Notes under the pieces: model-generated
What the model was told of the DNA's origin: nothing
Database searches by the model: none
What the model saw: only the letters and a program-made list of their open reading frames with translations
Shown: positions 20,331 to 30,089 of the stretch, one piece after another
Layout: each line of letters opens with the position of its first letter
Numbering within the stretch: position 1 is the first letter of the stretch
NCBI GenBank assembly: GCA_043745805.1
Contig: JAYTSD010000045.1
Coordinates: 32,001 to 96,000 of the forward strand
Direction: 5' to 3'
Source of the DNA: Fibrobacteria bacterium
GTDB lineage: Bacteria > Fibrobacterota > Fibrobacteria > UBA11236
Length of the DNA: 64,000 nt
Program-made: the position numbers and the translations under genes

Positions 20331-20430
20331 TTTTCCTCCGGTGAATAATGGAGGAAAAAAAAGTGTATTTGGACGTGATTTCTATCACATCACCACTTAT
20401 TTAAATGAAGACGAAATTAAAAAATGGGAC

Positions 20431-20461
20431 AAAAAAAAGACCTCCTTGCGGAAGCCTTTTT
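20431..20461 (-). terminator. Terminator after second HU gene
   Basis: Minus strand GGCTTCC-GCAA-GGAGGTC followed by T8. Confidence 0.8.
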
Positions 20462-20480
20462 AAAAACAATTTTTAGAAAA

Positions 20481-20822
20481 TTATTTTTTCTTTTTGGCTG
20501 GTGTCTTGGCAGGTGTTTTTGCTGATGCCTTGGCTGGAGCCGGTGAAATGGCTTCTTTGGCGGCTTTAGCGACGCGAAACTTCACTACTTTTTTAGCAGG
20601 GATTTTAATGGTTTCGCCGGTTGCAGGGTTGCGGCCCATGCGTGCTTTACGTTGTACCAAAACAAGCTTTCCTAATCCAGGAAGAGTAAATCCATTTTTA
20701 GCATTTTTATAAGCCAATGAAGCCAAACTTTCTAAGAAGCTTTTAACTTGCACCTTAGTGAAGCTATTGCTCTTTGCAAGCGAGTCTATAATTTGGCCTT
20801 GGGTTAAACTTTTCTCTGCCAT
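20481..20822 (-). CDS. HU family protein with PAK-rich C-terminal tail
   Basis: FTLPGLGKL...RKARMGRNPATGETIKIPAK motif; tail SPAPAKASAKTPAKTPAKKKK. Confidence 0.93.
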   Translation of the reverse strand: MAEKSLTQGQIIDSLAKSNSFTKVQVKSFLESLASLAYKNAKNGFTLPGLGKLVLVQRKARMGRNPATGETIKIPAKKVVKFRVAKAAKEAISPAPAKASAKTPAKTPAKKKK

Positions 20823-21023
20823 TGAATGTCCTTTCTAATGAGGTTGGGTAAATTGATACGAATATATTACATAATAAAAAATCAATTGTCCTCAAAAAAA
20901 TTTACCTGCTAGTGAGAATTTTTCAATTATGAATTTGCACAATATGATTCCGGCTTTATGAATAGGGGTTAAAAACTCGGTGGTCTTTTGCATGACGCGC
21001 AAGAATAAAGCATTTTATAGGCT

Positions 21024-21554
21024 ATGCAAGAATTGAATGAACCGATTGGAGTAAAAGCGATAGCTGCAATATTAAGCCCGCATCCGATTCCCGAAAATTC
21101 TTTTTATGTCGATTTAGCGGAATGTTTTGGATCCATAATTTATAAAGGTGCTTTTTTACCCTTTGACACCACGGATTATTATGCCTCTGAATTTGGGCCT
21201 AAGCTGTATCGAGGGTTTTGTGCCTTTACTGGATTAATGGAACCGTCATTATTGGTTGAATACAAGCTTAAAGCCGCGCAGTTAGAAGAAAAATGGAGTG
21301 ATGCAGGACGACGAATTTACAATGTGGATATCGGTTATCTCGATTTTGATAAATTGGTTTTAGCTTCTTTTAAAAAAGGGCCTTGTAAATTATATCTGAA
21401 TCATGGCGTCTATGCCGATATGTTGGTAAAATATTCCAAAGGGAATTTTGAACCTTTTCCTTGGGCCTTTTCTGATTTTAAAGACGCTCGCTATATCCCA
21501 AGCTTGCTGGCTATCAGGGAAAAATTGAAAGCGGAAGCTAGGAAAAACCGATGA
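21024..21554 (+). CDS. DUF4416 family protein
   Basis: F..TDYY..EFG..L.R.F, R..NVD.GY and F...PW.F.D motifs. Confidence 0.75.
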   Translation: MQELNEPIGVKAIAAILSPHPIPENSFYVDLAECFGSIIYKGAFLPFDTTDYYASEFGPKLYRGFCAFTGLMEPSLLVEYKLKAAQLEEKWSDAGRRIYNVDIGYLDFDKLVLASFKKGPCKLYLNHGVYADMLVKYSKGNFEPFPWAFSDFKDARYIPSLLAIREKLKAEARKNR

Positions 21555-22768
21555 AAATTATTTTATTAGGGTTACTAATTGCCAATTTGTTGAGCTGCCG
21601 CGCTATTACAGGAACAGATACACCGAGTGCTATTAATGGTTATTCCGATCGTCGATTGTATGTCAATGATGCTGCAAAAAATGATTCATTAAAGCATTCT
21701 ATCATTGATTATGGTATTCGCTTAGTTTTGCAACCCAATATCACCTATAATTTATCTTTAATAGGCTCCAAGCAAAATTCGGATCAACTTACTTTGTACA
21801 CCCTAGATAATGGAGGGACAGAAGAATACGTTAAGCCGTCTCCCGTAACAGATGGGACGAAGCAGTTTTTTGAGTTCACCTCGCATCAAAGTGCAGCACA
21901 ATTTTTTGTGGCCAAGGTTACTCCCCAAAACAGATCCTTATTACTGAATGATTTAACCAAGGTAACCCTAACAGCATTGCCGGCTGTAAATAAAGATACG
22001 CTTTTTATCGATCTGCTTTTTATTAATCAACTCACAGGGTTAACTAGTAATGCTCAAAAGCAAATTTATGCCGAGCAATTTTTTAAAACCTTAAATGGAA
22101 TATATAGTCAATTTGTCACTCCCACACTTCCAAGCTTGTATATACAGGGCGATATCGATATAGTACAGCCCACAAGCAAACCCTTTGTTTATGCCTTTTC
22201 CACCAATGAATATATTCCCTTGCCTGGAACTCGGCGCGCTAAGCATGTGCATATTTATATAGTGGATAATATTTCTTATGCCGGAAATACCGGAGGTGCC
22301 ATTTTGGGATTTACGGGACGGGAAGCTTTTGATATAGATACACATCGGGAAAGCCGCATCATACTTTCTAATCAAGGTGGGGATGTTTATCGACTAGCGG
22401 CAACTGCTGCGCATGAAATGGGACATTTTTTTGGCTTAAGACATACCGTGGCAACAAATTTAGATTTAGGTCAAGAAGATGATGATTCCAATTTGGATGA
22501 TGGCTTTACGGATACCAAACTTTGTGCCTTAGATATTGCAATTGCTTCAGCAAAGATTTCGGCACAATCGAAGGCCTCAATCACTACTAAAAATTCACCT
22601 CCAAAAATAGGTAACTATTGTTTACGAAGGGCTGGAAATGACTGTAATGCTTTATGCGATCTCGGTAATTTAATGCATGCCTATGAATGTCAGAGTTTGG
22701 TACAGAAAGAATTATCCAAACAACAAATTTTATTCTTGCGCACCAATATCAGCCTGTATAGCCATTAA
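21551..22768 (+). CDS. Metzincin metalloprotease lipoprotein (M43/M12-like)
   Basis: LLSC lipobox, HEMGHFFGLRH zinc motif, NLMH Met-turn. Confidence 0.82.
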   Translation: MKIILLGLLIANLLSCRAITGTDTPSAINGYSDRRLYVNDAAKNDSLKHSIIDYGIRLVLQPNITYNLSLIGSKQNSDQLTLYTLDNGGTEEYVKPSPVTDGTKQFFEFTSHQSAAQFFVAKVTPQNRSLLLNDLTKVTLTALPAVNKDTLFIDLLFINQLTGLTSNAQKQIYAEQFFKTLNGIYSQFVTPTLPSLYIQGDIDIVQPTSKPFVYAFSTNEYIPLPGTRRAKHVHIYIVDNISYAGNTGGAILGFTGREAFDIDTHRESRIILSNQGGDVYRLAATAAHEMGHFFGLRHTVATNLDLGQEDDDSNLDDGFTDTKLCALDIAIASAKISAQSKASITTKNSPPKIGNYCLRRAGNDCNALCDLGNLMHAYECQSLVQKELSKQQILFLRTNISLYSH

Positions 22769-22787
22769 TTAATTACTACTCGTTTAA

Positions 22788-23216
22788 TTAATCCATGGCC
22801 AATGGTTGCAAGGATTGCACAATATCGTAGAACACCTGAATTTTTTTTTGCATGGCTTCTCTTTGATGGCCATGATAGCGAATGAAGGCGCAGTAATTAT
22901 TCCAAAATGCATGGCATACAATCCAAAAACGCTCGTCAGGGCCCGTGCCGCGAGTGACTATGGTGACAATGTTTGCGGCATTTTCCGTCATCACGGTTTT
23001 AAGGGGGATTACCTGTTCATCGCGTAAATAGGTTTCATGATAATCGGATATTTCTACATCAATGGCTTTTTGAATTTTACGCGCGGCGACGAGTTCAATA
23101 GTACAAGTTCCATCTAAGTTACTAATAATAGTTTTGTCTTTTAAATCGCGAATATCCCATTCTCCTTTATCTTCAAAGAAGAAACAATACCAAGCACAAG
23201 GGGAAACATGCATCAT
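22788..23216 (-). CDS. Hypothetical protein (weak resemblance to DUF3805/PsbP-like fold)
   Basis: ATGA-coupled to ruvX; N-terminal SP.AW pattern. Confidence 0.6.
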   Translation of the reverse strand: MMHVSPCAWYCFFFEDKGEWDIRDLKDKTIISNLDGTCTIELVAARKIQKAIDVEISDYHETYLRDEQVIPLKTVMTENAANIVTIVTRGTGPDERFWIVCHAFWNNYCAFIRYHGHQREAMQKKIQVFYDIVQSLQPLAMD

Positions 23217-23650
23217 ACGGTTTCACCCTTGCGATTTAAATAATCTTGTAAAATGTAACAGGCTGCTACGCGATCAATCGCTGCTTTATCGGGACGCTTT
23301 TTTTTATGGCTGCGGGTTTTTAAGCTAGCCTGTGCAAGTTGACTGGTATAAGCTTCATCTTCGCGATAAACCGGTAAGTTTAATTTTTTTTCCAGTTCAG
23401 CAATAAAAACATCTACGGCTTCGGTTTTGCCTCCCGGTTTTTCTATTCCATCGGTACGCAATGGGTAACCTACCACAATTCCACCGACTAACTCATCGTC
23501 GATAATGGTTTTAAGCAAGGGGAAAATATCGGGATTTTTTTTGCAATCAATGGTGGTGAGCCCAATAGCTATGGTATGATCGGGGTCGCTTAAGGCCACG
23601 CCAATGCGGCGTTCTCCAAAATCAAGTCCCAGTAGGGTGGTCTTTTTCAT
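23213..23650 (-). CDS. ruvX: Holliday junction resolvase-like RuvX/YqgF
   Basis: LGLDFGERRIGVALSD, VGYP, DEAYTS and IDRVAA..ILQ motifs. Confidence 0.93.
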   Translation of the reverse strand: MKKTTLLGLDFGERRIGVALSDPDHTIAIGLTTIDCKKNPDIFPLLKTIIDDELVGGIVVGYPLRTDGIEKPGGKTEAVDVFIAELEKKLNLPVYREDEAYTSQLAQASLKTRSHKKKRPDKAAIDRVAACYILQDYLNRKGETV

Positions 23651-24800
23651 CTTTACTCTTGGCCCAATTTAGCAGGATTTCTTCGGCATTAAAGGTTTTT
23701 TTGGAAACTTTTTTGGTTTTCTCTTCCAAAAATTCAAAGTGACCACTTTCAATTTGAATGATTTTTTCCACTGCTTCACGTTCCGTAGAATCCGAGCATA
23801 CCGCTTCGAGAATTAATCCTTTATACAAAATAATTTCACCGGCATCTTGGGAGCCTACCACTAATAAGCGGCCGCTCTTTTTTAATTGCGCTAAAAACAA
23901 AATCAAATCCAATAAAGTTCCAGCTTGAATATTGCCTTTTAAGGCGGCAGATTGAATAGAATAAAGCAATTGTTGAGAATTGGGCTCTAGGCACTGCGTA
24001 ATTGCGTGTCTTAAAGGTTTATCATGCAAAGGAGTAGGCAAAAATTGACGTACCTTATATGTTACTGGAGTCTCGGCAGGGGCAGTGTTTACATAGATTA
24101 TGGGTGTATTGATCAAACGCACATTTTCACCCATTAATTTTTCGAGTATTTCATAATGGATAAAATCGGCAACCAATAAGTTAGGGGAAAATGTTTTGTA
24201 ACTTGCAAAAAAATTGTCGAGCTGGTTTTCTAAACCGCATTCATAGCCGCAGGCTTCCAAGAATTTAAAAAGCGAAACGGACTCATTTACAAGTTCAGAT
24301 TCAACTAAGGGTTCAAAGGGGAAAAGCAAAAGGATTTTATTCTGCAAACGTTTTTCGCCAGAAATTTTATGGACTTTGTCCTCAGATATTTTTTTTCTAC
24401 TCCGATGCAACATGAACCCTAATAAGAATAATGTGGAACTAATTAAGCCTAATACAATTGTAATTATAAAATTGAGCTGTCCGGCTTTTTGGGGATTAGG
24501 TTTATTCACAAAGTTCACTGAATGCCCTAAGGACCAGCCTATAAGGGTATCATGAGCCTTCAATTTTATCCAAGAACCATTGCGAGCTAATATTTGACAA
24601 TAATCTCCACGTTGCGCCATGCCGATAATATTGGCTTGCAAGGAAGTGGCCGTCCGAATGGGCAAAAAGGCATCCTCTACTTGAGCCCAAGCGGTGTCAT
24701 GGGACGTGGCGGAGGTTGATTTTATTTGCGGAATCGTTTTTTCCGCTGCAAAAATATTGCTGAACAGGAGGAATATTAAACCAATGAGAGCATGCCTCAT
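23622..24800 (-). CDS. SH3b-TM-(pseudo-receiver)-DUF4388/PATAN protein
   Basis: Signal peptide; IR...S..A.II...G..W..GW SH3b pattern; TM helix; C-terminal L.G.I...L.DLI..L....KSG.L...G.F.F. Confidence 0.72.
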   Translation of the reverse strand: MRHALIGLIFLLFSNIFAAEKTIPQIKSTSATSHDTAWAQVEDAFLPIRTATSLQANIIGMAQRGDYCQILARNGSWIKLKAHDTLIGWSLGHSVNFVNKPNPQKAGQLNFIITIVLGLISSTLFLLGFMLHRSRKKISEDKVHKISGEKRLQNKILLLFPFEPLVESELVNESVSLFKFLEACGYECGLENQLDNFFASYKTFSPNLLVADFIHYEILEKLMGENVRLINTPIIYVNTAPAETPVTYKVRQFLPTPLHDKPLRHAITQCLEPNSQQLLYSIQSAALKGNIQAGTLLDLILFLAQLKKSGRLLVVGSQDAGEIILYKGLILEAVCSDSTEREAVEKIIQIESGHFEFLEEKTKKVSKKTFNAEEILLNWAKSKDEKDHPTGT

Positions 24801-24983
24801 TCTGTAAATAACCTTTTTTTCAAAACAAAAAGCAAATGCAAGGTGTTTGAGACCTTATGTTTGCTGGATTTCTATTAGAGTAATTATGGGGGGAGGGAAA
24901 GGGTTTTGGGTAGGGGTATTTTCTCTCAAAATCGGTTTAAATATTACGTTTATGGCTGCAAACCATTATGGACAAAAGGAAGA

Positions 24984-25115
24984 ATGATTTTAATGTTATC
25001 CCAAAATTTTATTTTATTATCTCTGCTAGTTTTTTCTGTCTTCACTTTTGAAGGGTGTCAGGAAATCGATGGAACAAAAAGTGATCTGCGCCCTTGTTCA
25101 CGGACATTTAGTTAG
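24984..25115 (+). pseudogene. 5' remnant of a lipoprotein gene truncated at an IS end
   Basis: SD AAGGA, hydrophobic signal and FEGC lipobox; the frame runs into IS-like sequence at 25082 and stops. Confidence 0.5.
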
Positions 25116-25129
25116 ACAACACAAACCCT
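25082..25129 (+). mobile_element. IS3-family-like terminal inverted repeat fragment
   Basis: TGATCTGCGCCC...GGACATTTAGTTAG resembles IS3-family ends; no partner end or transposase in the window. Confidence 0.5.
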
Positions 25130-25321
25130 GAGGGTGTACTGAAGTTTGTGTAAATGGTCCGATGCTATAAAGCTAATTTATTCCACGAAAGGGAAATAAT
25201 GACCATTAAAAATGAAATCCTCGACGAACTTTTAAAAGACTATACCAAGCCTGAAGACATGTTCGGAGCAAACGGTATACTTAAGCAATTAGGTATTCCA
25301 CCAAGGAAGGTATCTTCTTAG
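25130..25321 (+). mobile_element. IS256-family remnant: left end plus truncated transposase N-terminus
   Basis: End sequence GAGGGTGTACTGAAGTTTGTGTAAAT; ORF 25199-25321 MTIKNEILDELLKDYTKPEDMFGANGILKQL matches the IS256 transposase N-terminal pattern and then stops. Confidence 0.78.
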
Positions 25322-25364
25322 AGTGAAGCGCATCCCGCATAAAACAAGCTATTATTCCCAACAT

Positions 25365-25838
25365 ATGATCACCATTTACATCGACGCGGACGCCTGCCCA
25401 GTCAAAGAAGAAATTTACAAAGTCGCCAAAAGACATAACCTTCCCGTCATTCTAGTAGCCAATGCCACCATGCGCATACCCTTCGATAATAATATTCGCT
25501 TACAAGTAGTGAATGACGCCTTTGATGCTGCCGATGATTGGATAGTTGAACAAGTACAACGTTCCGATATAGTCATTACCTCGGATATTCTCCTCGCCAG
25601 CCGCTGCTTACCCAAGGGTGCTTATGTACTAGGTAATACCGGAAAACCTTTTCTGGAAGATAATATCGGTGAAACCGTGGCTTCGCGAGAGATATCGGCC
25701 GAACTGCGACAAATGGGATTATTACCCGGTGGGCCAAGGCCTTTTCAACCCAAAGATCGCTCCACTTTTTTGCAGCAATTGGATTCGGCTATTCATGCCA
25801 TGTTACGTCAAAAAAAGTCGCGTAGGGCACCTGAGTAA
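25365..25838 (+). CDS. YaiI/YqxD (UPF0178) family protein
   Basis: IYIDADACPVK, DAADDWI and T.DI.LA motifs. Confidence 0.9.
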   Translation: MITIYIDADACPVKEEIYKVAKRHNLPVILVANATMRIPFDNNIRLQVVNDAFDAADDWIVEQVQRSDIVITSDILLASRCLPKGAYVLGNTGKPFLEDNIGETVASREISAELRQMGLLPGGPRPFQPKDRSTFLQQLDSAIHAMLRQKKSRRAPE

Positions 25839-25978
25839 TACCGAAATAGGTTCCGAATAATCCCCAAATTAGGTTCGAATTGTGCATCGCTACTCCCGAA
25901 TAAATTTCTCATCCGCTTGCCGTTTAACCTATCTTTTAAAACAGTCTTAATTTTAGTGTAATAGAAGAAGGAAGCTTC

Positions 25979-26623
25979 ATGCAAGTTGAAATTTGGTCCG
26001 ATGTGATGTGCCCTTTTTGCTATATCGGCAAACGCAAATTTGAAAAGGCCTTAGAACAATTTTCGGGTAAGGATGAGGTGGAAGTTACTTGGAAAAGTTT
26101 TCAATTAAACCCTTCCCAAACCACCCATCTCGAAAAAAATATTCATCAATATCTTGCGGAGATTAAAGGCATACCTTTGGCTCAGGCGCAGGAGATGAAT
26201 GCGCGCGTTACTGAAATGGCGAAGGAAGTGGGACTGACTTATAATTTTGATAAGGCCATCGTAGCCAATTCTTTTGATGCTCATCGCTTGGTGCAATTGG
26301 CCAAATCCCAAGGCCTTGGTGGATCGATGGAAGAGCGGCTTTTTAAAGCCTATTTTACCGAAGGTCAAAATACTGCCGATAAGGACACTTTAACGCAATT
26401 GGGAATGGAAATTGGATTGGCTGAAGAATCGATAAAGGATGTTCTGCACAGCGATGCTTTTTCCGCGGAAGTGAAACAGGATATTCGTGAAGCGCAACAA
26501 TTAGGGGTAACCGGCGTGCCTTTTTTTGTGATTGATAGGAAATTTGGAATTTCGGGAGCCCAAGAGAGCCGCATATTTTTGCAGGCTTTGGAAAAAGCCT
26601 CCGTTGATGAAAGTGATGCTTAA
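25979..26623 (+). CDS. DsbA/FrnE family oxidoreductase
   Basis: WSDVMCPFCYIG, NSFDAHRL, GVPFF and SGAQ motifs. Confidence 0.92.
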   Translation: MQVEIWSDVMCPFCYIGKRKFEKALEQFSGKDEVEVTWKSFQLNPSQTTHLEKNIHQYLAEIKGIPLAQAQEMNARVTEMAKEVGLTYNFDKAIVANSFDAHRLVQLAKSQGLGGSMEERLFKAYFTEGQNTADKDTLTQLGMEIGLAEESIKDVLHSDAFSAEVKQDIREAQQLGVTGVPFFVIDRKFGISGAQESRIFLQALEKASVDESDA

Positions 26624-26628
26624 TTAAT

Positions 26629-27108
26629 ATGAAAAAAGAATTTGTGCTTTTCTATGAACGAAAATTTGAAATTATTTTACCGCCGCCCACGTATAGCGAA
26701 AGCTTTTGCTATAACACTTATATTGGGGATAAATACCGATCCAAATATGTGTTAGCGCATGAAATGGATGCTTATGGTAAATCGTATGATGGCCCGCCTT
26801 ATATGGAGCATCGCGTTTTTCTTAAAGATACGATAACCGAAGAGTTACTCATTTTTAATAATCCAACTATTGGACTTAATCCAGATGAGGATTTAGAAGC
26901 GTGGAAGGAAATCTCCGCTTGGTTTTTGAATATGGAAATGCATGTGCAAGTTTTACCCAAAGATGTAAAAATTCGATGTTCAAATTCATCAGCCAATATT
27001 TTTCAAAAGGCGGGACGTAAAATGTTAATTCGCGCTTATGATACGAATGCGCAAAAGAGTTTAATTTATCCCAATAAAGTTTTTAAAGTAAAGTTCACTA
27101 CTTTTTAA
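26629..27108 (+). CDS. Hypothetical protein
   Basis: 159-aa ORF tightly packed between co-oriented genes. Confidence 0.6.
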   Translation: MKKEFVLFYERKFEIILPPPTYSESFCYNTYIGDKYRSKYVLAHEMDAYGKSYDGPPYMEHRVFLKDTITEELLIFNNPTIGLNPDEDLEAWKEISAWFLNMEMHVQVLPKDVKIRCSNSSANIFQKAGRKMLIRAYDTNAQKSLIYPNKVFKVKFTTF

Positions 27109-27126
27109 TTAAGGTTTTACCAAGTA

Positions 27127-28374
27127 ATGTCTTGTTCGACTTGGCTAAAAATAAGTTTGTGCGGGATATTATTTTTTGCAAATGCCCAAGCGGAACAACA
27201 TCGCATTTGGCTCGATCCTAATTTATCCATGTATGTGGGCGCTGAGGATTTGCTCACCATGCATTGGGCGGTGATGACCAGTGAAGATTATTTTGCTCCC
27301 GCAAAACTTTGGTCAGAAAATCAGTTCTTAGGAAAAGCCGGAGGAATCGCTTATCGGTTGGCTAAGCTTTCTCTGCTTGATTTTACCATCGATTATTTTC
27401 CCACTCTGATTCAGCATGAATATTTTGGCCATGGCTATCGCTTTCGGGAATATGGGGTAACCGATATGAATTTTTTGTTGCGCTTACCTCCGCCTTATGA
27501 TAATGGAGGAGGCTCTACTCAGCCTAAGCGAGGTATTGATAGACAATGGTCAAGGGATGAATGGTCGGCAATAGCAACTGCCGGTGTGGAAGCGGATGCC
27601 ATTTTAGCGAATCATGTTAAAAGGCATTGGATGGCGCAAGGTAAAATCGATTATCATGAAGTGCTGTTGTATTATTTTAGTGAATTTGATTTGCATAATT
27701 ATATTGAGGCCGATACGGCCTTTGGGCGTGATCAAGGTAATGATATGCTGCATTATTTGGACACTTTAAATGTGAAAGCGGGTTACTCTGCTGAAAATCC
27801 TAAGCTAAGTTTGCAACGTTTACGCAATCGTGATTTTGTGAATTATGTTAATCCCTTTTTCTTTTTTAGTCTCTACAGCTTAATCCACCAATATTTATGG
27901 TATGGTGAAAAGAGTACTACATTACCCACTATTCCCTTAGGTCCAGTAAATTATTTACCCATGTTACGTTTAGGCTTAAGCCCTTATGGTAGCGAGGTGT
28001 ATGTGGAAAATTGGTTGCAATATCACGATAAAACCATAAATGCTTATTGGCGCCAAGGCGATGGTATTCTTTATGATTCCTGGGGATTTGGGTTACAAAG
28101 TCAACAACTCTTGAATTATGGGAACATGACCTTTGATTTTGATTATCATTTTTGGCAACAACCTAATTTAATTTTAGGTGGAGATGTCTTAAAAGAAAGA
28201 GGAACCTCACCCGGCCAAGCTTTTATTTTGGGTGGATTCATACCCGTAACGCGCGATATACCCTTTCTTAATTTTTCTTTTGCTTGGGGTTATAAAACGG
28301 CGGGATTTTTAGCAGGAGAAAGTTTAGATGACGGCGCTTTTATTCGGGCGGGTATAGCTTGGAATAATTTTTAA
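27127..28374 (+). CDS. Exported protein, probable OM beta-barrel C-terminus
   Basis: Signal peptide ending ANAQA, HEYFGH motif, alternating beta-strands ending GIAWNNF. Confidence 0.7.
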   Translation: MSCSTWLKISLCGILFFANAQAEQHRIWLDPNLSMYVGAEDLLTMHWAVMTSEDYFAPAKLWSENQFLGKAGGIAYRLAKLSLLDFTIDYFPTLIQHEYFGHGYRFREYGVTDMNFLLRLPPPYDNGGGSTQPKRGIDRQWSRDEWSAIATAGVEADAILANHVKRHWMAQGKIDYHEVLLYYFSEFDLHNYIEADTAFGRDQGNDMLHYLDTLNVKAGYSAENPKLSLQRLRNRDFVNYVNPFFFFSLYSLIHQYLWYGEKSTTLPTIPLGPVNYLPMLRLGLSPYGSEVYVENWLQYHDKTINAYWRQGDGILYDSWGFGLQSQQLLNYGNMTFDFDYHFWQQPNLILGGDVLKERGTSPGQAFILGGFIPVTRDIPFLNFSFAWGYKTAGFLAGESLDDGAFIRAGIAWNNF

Positions 28375-28417
28375 TCGGTGCATAGATTTTAAGCTTGAGA
28401 ATCAATTTATTTCGATT

Positions 28418-28450
28418 AAAAAAAGGCAACCTAAATAGGCTGCCTTTTTT
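28418..28450. terminator. Bidirectional terminator between convergent genes
   Basis: A7-GGCAACCT-aaat-AGGCTGCC-T6. Confidence 0.8.
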
Positions 28451-28478
28451 CATTTTTGTAATATGGAAAGCTTAGAGT

Positions 28479-30089
28479 TTAAAACTCCGCGCGTTTCACA
28501 GTTATTTTTACACCCTTGATGCGTACATTACGCATTTTCTCAAGAATCATATCCATCAAATCGGCTGGAACTTCTGCAATGGTATGCGTTCCTGAAACTA
28601 GGATATTTCCAATTTGCGAACCTTTGATTCCGGTTTCACCTGCAATAGCGCCGACAATATCTTTGGGACGCACATTTTGCATTTTACCGACATTCAAAAA
28701 TAATTTTGCCGGAACATCGCCACCAATAGAATGATCGCCTTTACCATCCATCATACCAAAATCCATACGTCCATCGGATGTTTTACCGGATGGGGCAATG
28801 GTTTCGGGTAATGTCATTTTAAGCAAGGCTGCGGCTACTTCTGCGGCCGTGGCATCATCTTCCGTAAGTTTCTCTACATACTTCAAATATTTTCCTAGGC
28901 TGCCAGCAGCAATCACACCTTTAATTTTCGTAAGCATGGCTTCGTATTTTACTTCTTCTACATCATCGAGGGTAGGAACGGAAATACGTTTGATTTTCAC
29001 TTTCGCATATTTTTGAATTTGACGGAGCTTATTCGCTTCTTTAACCGTCGCAAAACTGATGGCGCGGCCTTCGCGTCCTGCGCGGCCGGTGCGTCCAATG
29101 CGATGCACATAATCTTCTTCATCTTTAGGTAAATCAAAATTGAATACCATTTCAATATTGTTTACATCAATACCGCGGGCAGCTACATCGGTGGCGACTA
29201 AAATTTCCGTTTTACCGGTGCGGAATTTGGTCATGACGCGATCGCGCATCATTTGCTTCATATCGCCATGCAAGCCATCGGCGAAATAACCACGGGATTG
29301 CAGGCTACTCACTAATTCGTCCACGCCAATTTTGGTATTGCAAAATACAATGCCGAGCTTCACATGATACATGTCGATAAAGCGACAAAGGGCTTCCGAC
29401 TTCATATTATTTTTGAGTTCCACATAAAGTTGTTCGGTATTCGGAACGGTTAATTCTTCATGAGTAACTTGTATGGTTTGCGGGTCGGTTAAATATTTAC
29501 GAATAATATTTTTGAGTCCACTCGGCATGGTGGCAGAGAACAAAACCGATTGACGATTTTTAGGTGTTCCGGCTAAAATAAATTCAATATCTTCTTGAAA
29601 GCCCATATCGAGCATTTCATCGGCTTCATCAAGCACTACCATTTGTAAAGCATCTAATTTGAGATAACCCTTTTTCATATGATCAATCATACGACCAGGT
29701 GTTCCAATTACAATTTGTACGCCTTTACGCAACCCATGTAATTGATGTTCATAGGATTGGCCACCAAAAATAGGTAACACGAAAATCCCTTTTTTATGTT
29801 TACTTAATTTGGTGACTTGTTCGGCCACCTGCATACATAATTCGCGAGTAGGGCAAAGTACCAAGGCCTGAATTTTATGGCTTTGGGCATTTACTTTTTC
29901 AACTATAGGTACTGAAAAGGCTACTGTTTTTCCTGTACCGGTTTGGCTTTGTCCGATTAAATCACCGCCAGCGATGATTTGTGGAATAGCTTGACTTTGA
30001 ATGGGAGTGGCTTCTTCGAAGCCCATATCTACGATGGCTTTCTGCACTTCGGCAGACAAGTCCATTTCACTGAACAGTGTTTTTTGCAT
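28479..30089 (-). CDS. DEAD-box RNA helicase with C-terminal DbpA-type RNA-binding domain (DeaD/CshA-like)
   Basis: Q motif, TGTGKT, PTREL, DEAD, SAT and HRIGRTGRAG motifs; likely start ATG 30089. Confidence 0.95.
   Translation of the reverse strand: MQKTLFSEMDLSAEVQKAIVDMGFEEATPIQSQAIPQIIAGGDLIGQSQTGTGKTVAFSVPIVEKVNAQSHKIQALVLCPTRELCMQVAEQVTKLSKHKKGIFVLPIFGGQSYEHQLHGLRKGVQIVIGTPGRMIDHMKKGYLKLDALQMVVLDEADEMLDMGFQEDIEFILAGTPKNRQSVLFSATMPSGLKNIIRKYLTDPQTIQVTHEELTVPNTEQLYVELKNNMKSEALCRFIDMYHVKLGIVFCNTKIGVDELVSSLQSRGYFADGLHGDMKQMMRDRVMTKFRTGKTEILVATDVAARGIDVNNIEMVFNFDLPKDEEDYVHRIGRTGRAGREGRAISFATVKEANKLRQIQKYAKVKIKRISVPTLDDVEEVKYEAMLTKIKGVIAAGSLGKYLKYVEKLTEDDATAAEVAAALLKMTLPETIAPSGKTSDGRMDFGMMDGKGDHSIGGDVPAKLFLNVGKMQNVRPKDIVGAIAGETGIKGSQIGNILVSGTHTIAEVPADLMDMILEKMRNVRIKGVKITVKRAEF

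Noticed and set aside
25837..25885. Imperfect tandem repeat of about 22 bp (AAT.CC.AAA..AGGTT.CGAAT) after the yaiI-like gene
   Set aside because: Only two degenerate copies with no spacer; not CRISPR-like and no supportable function.
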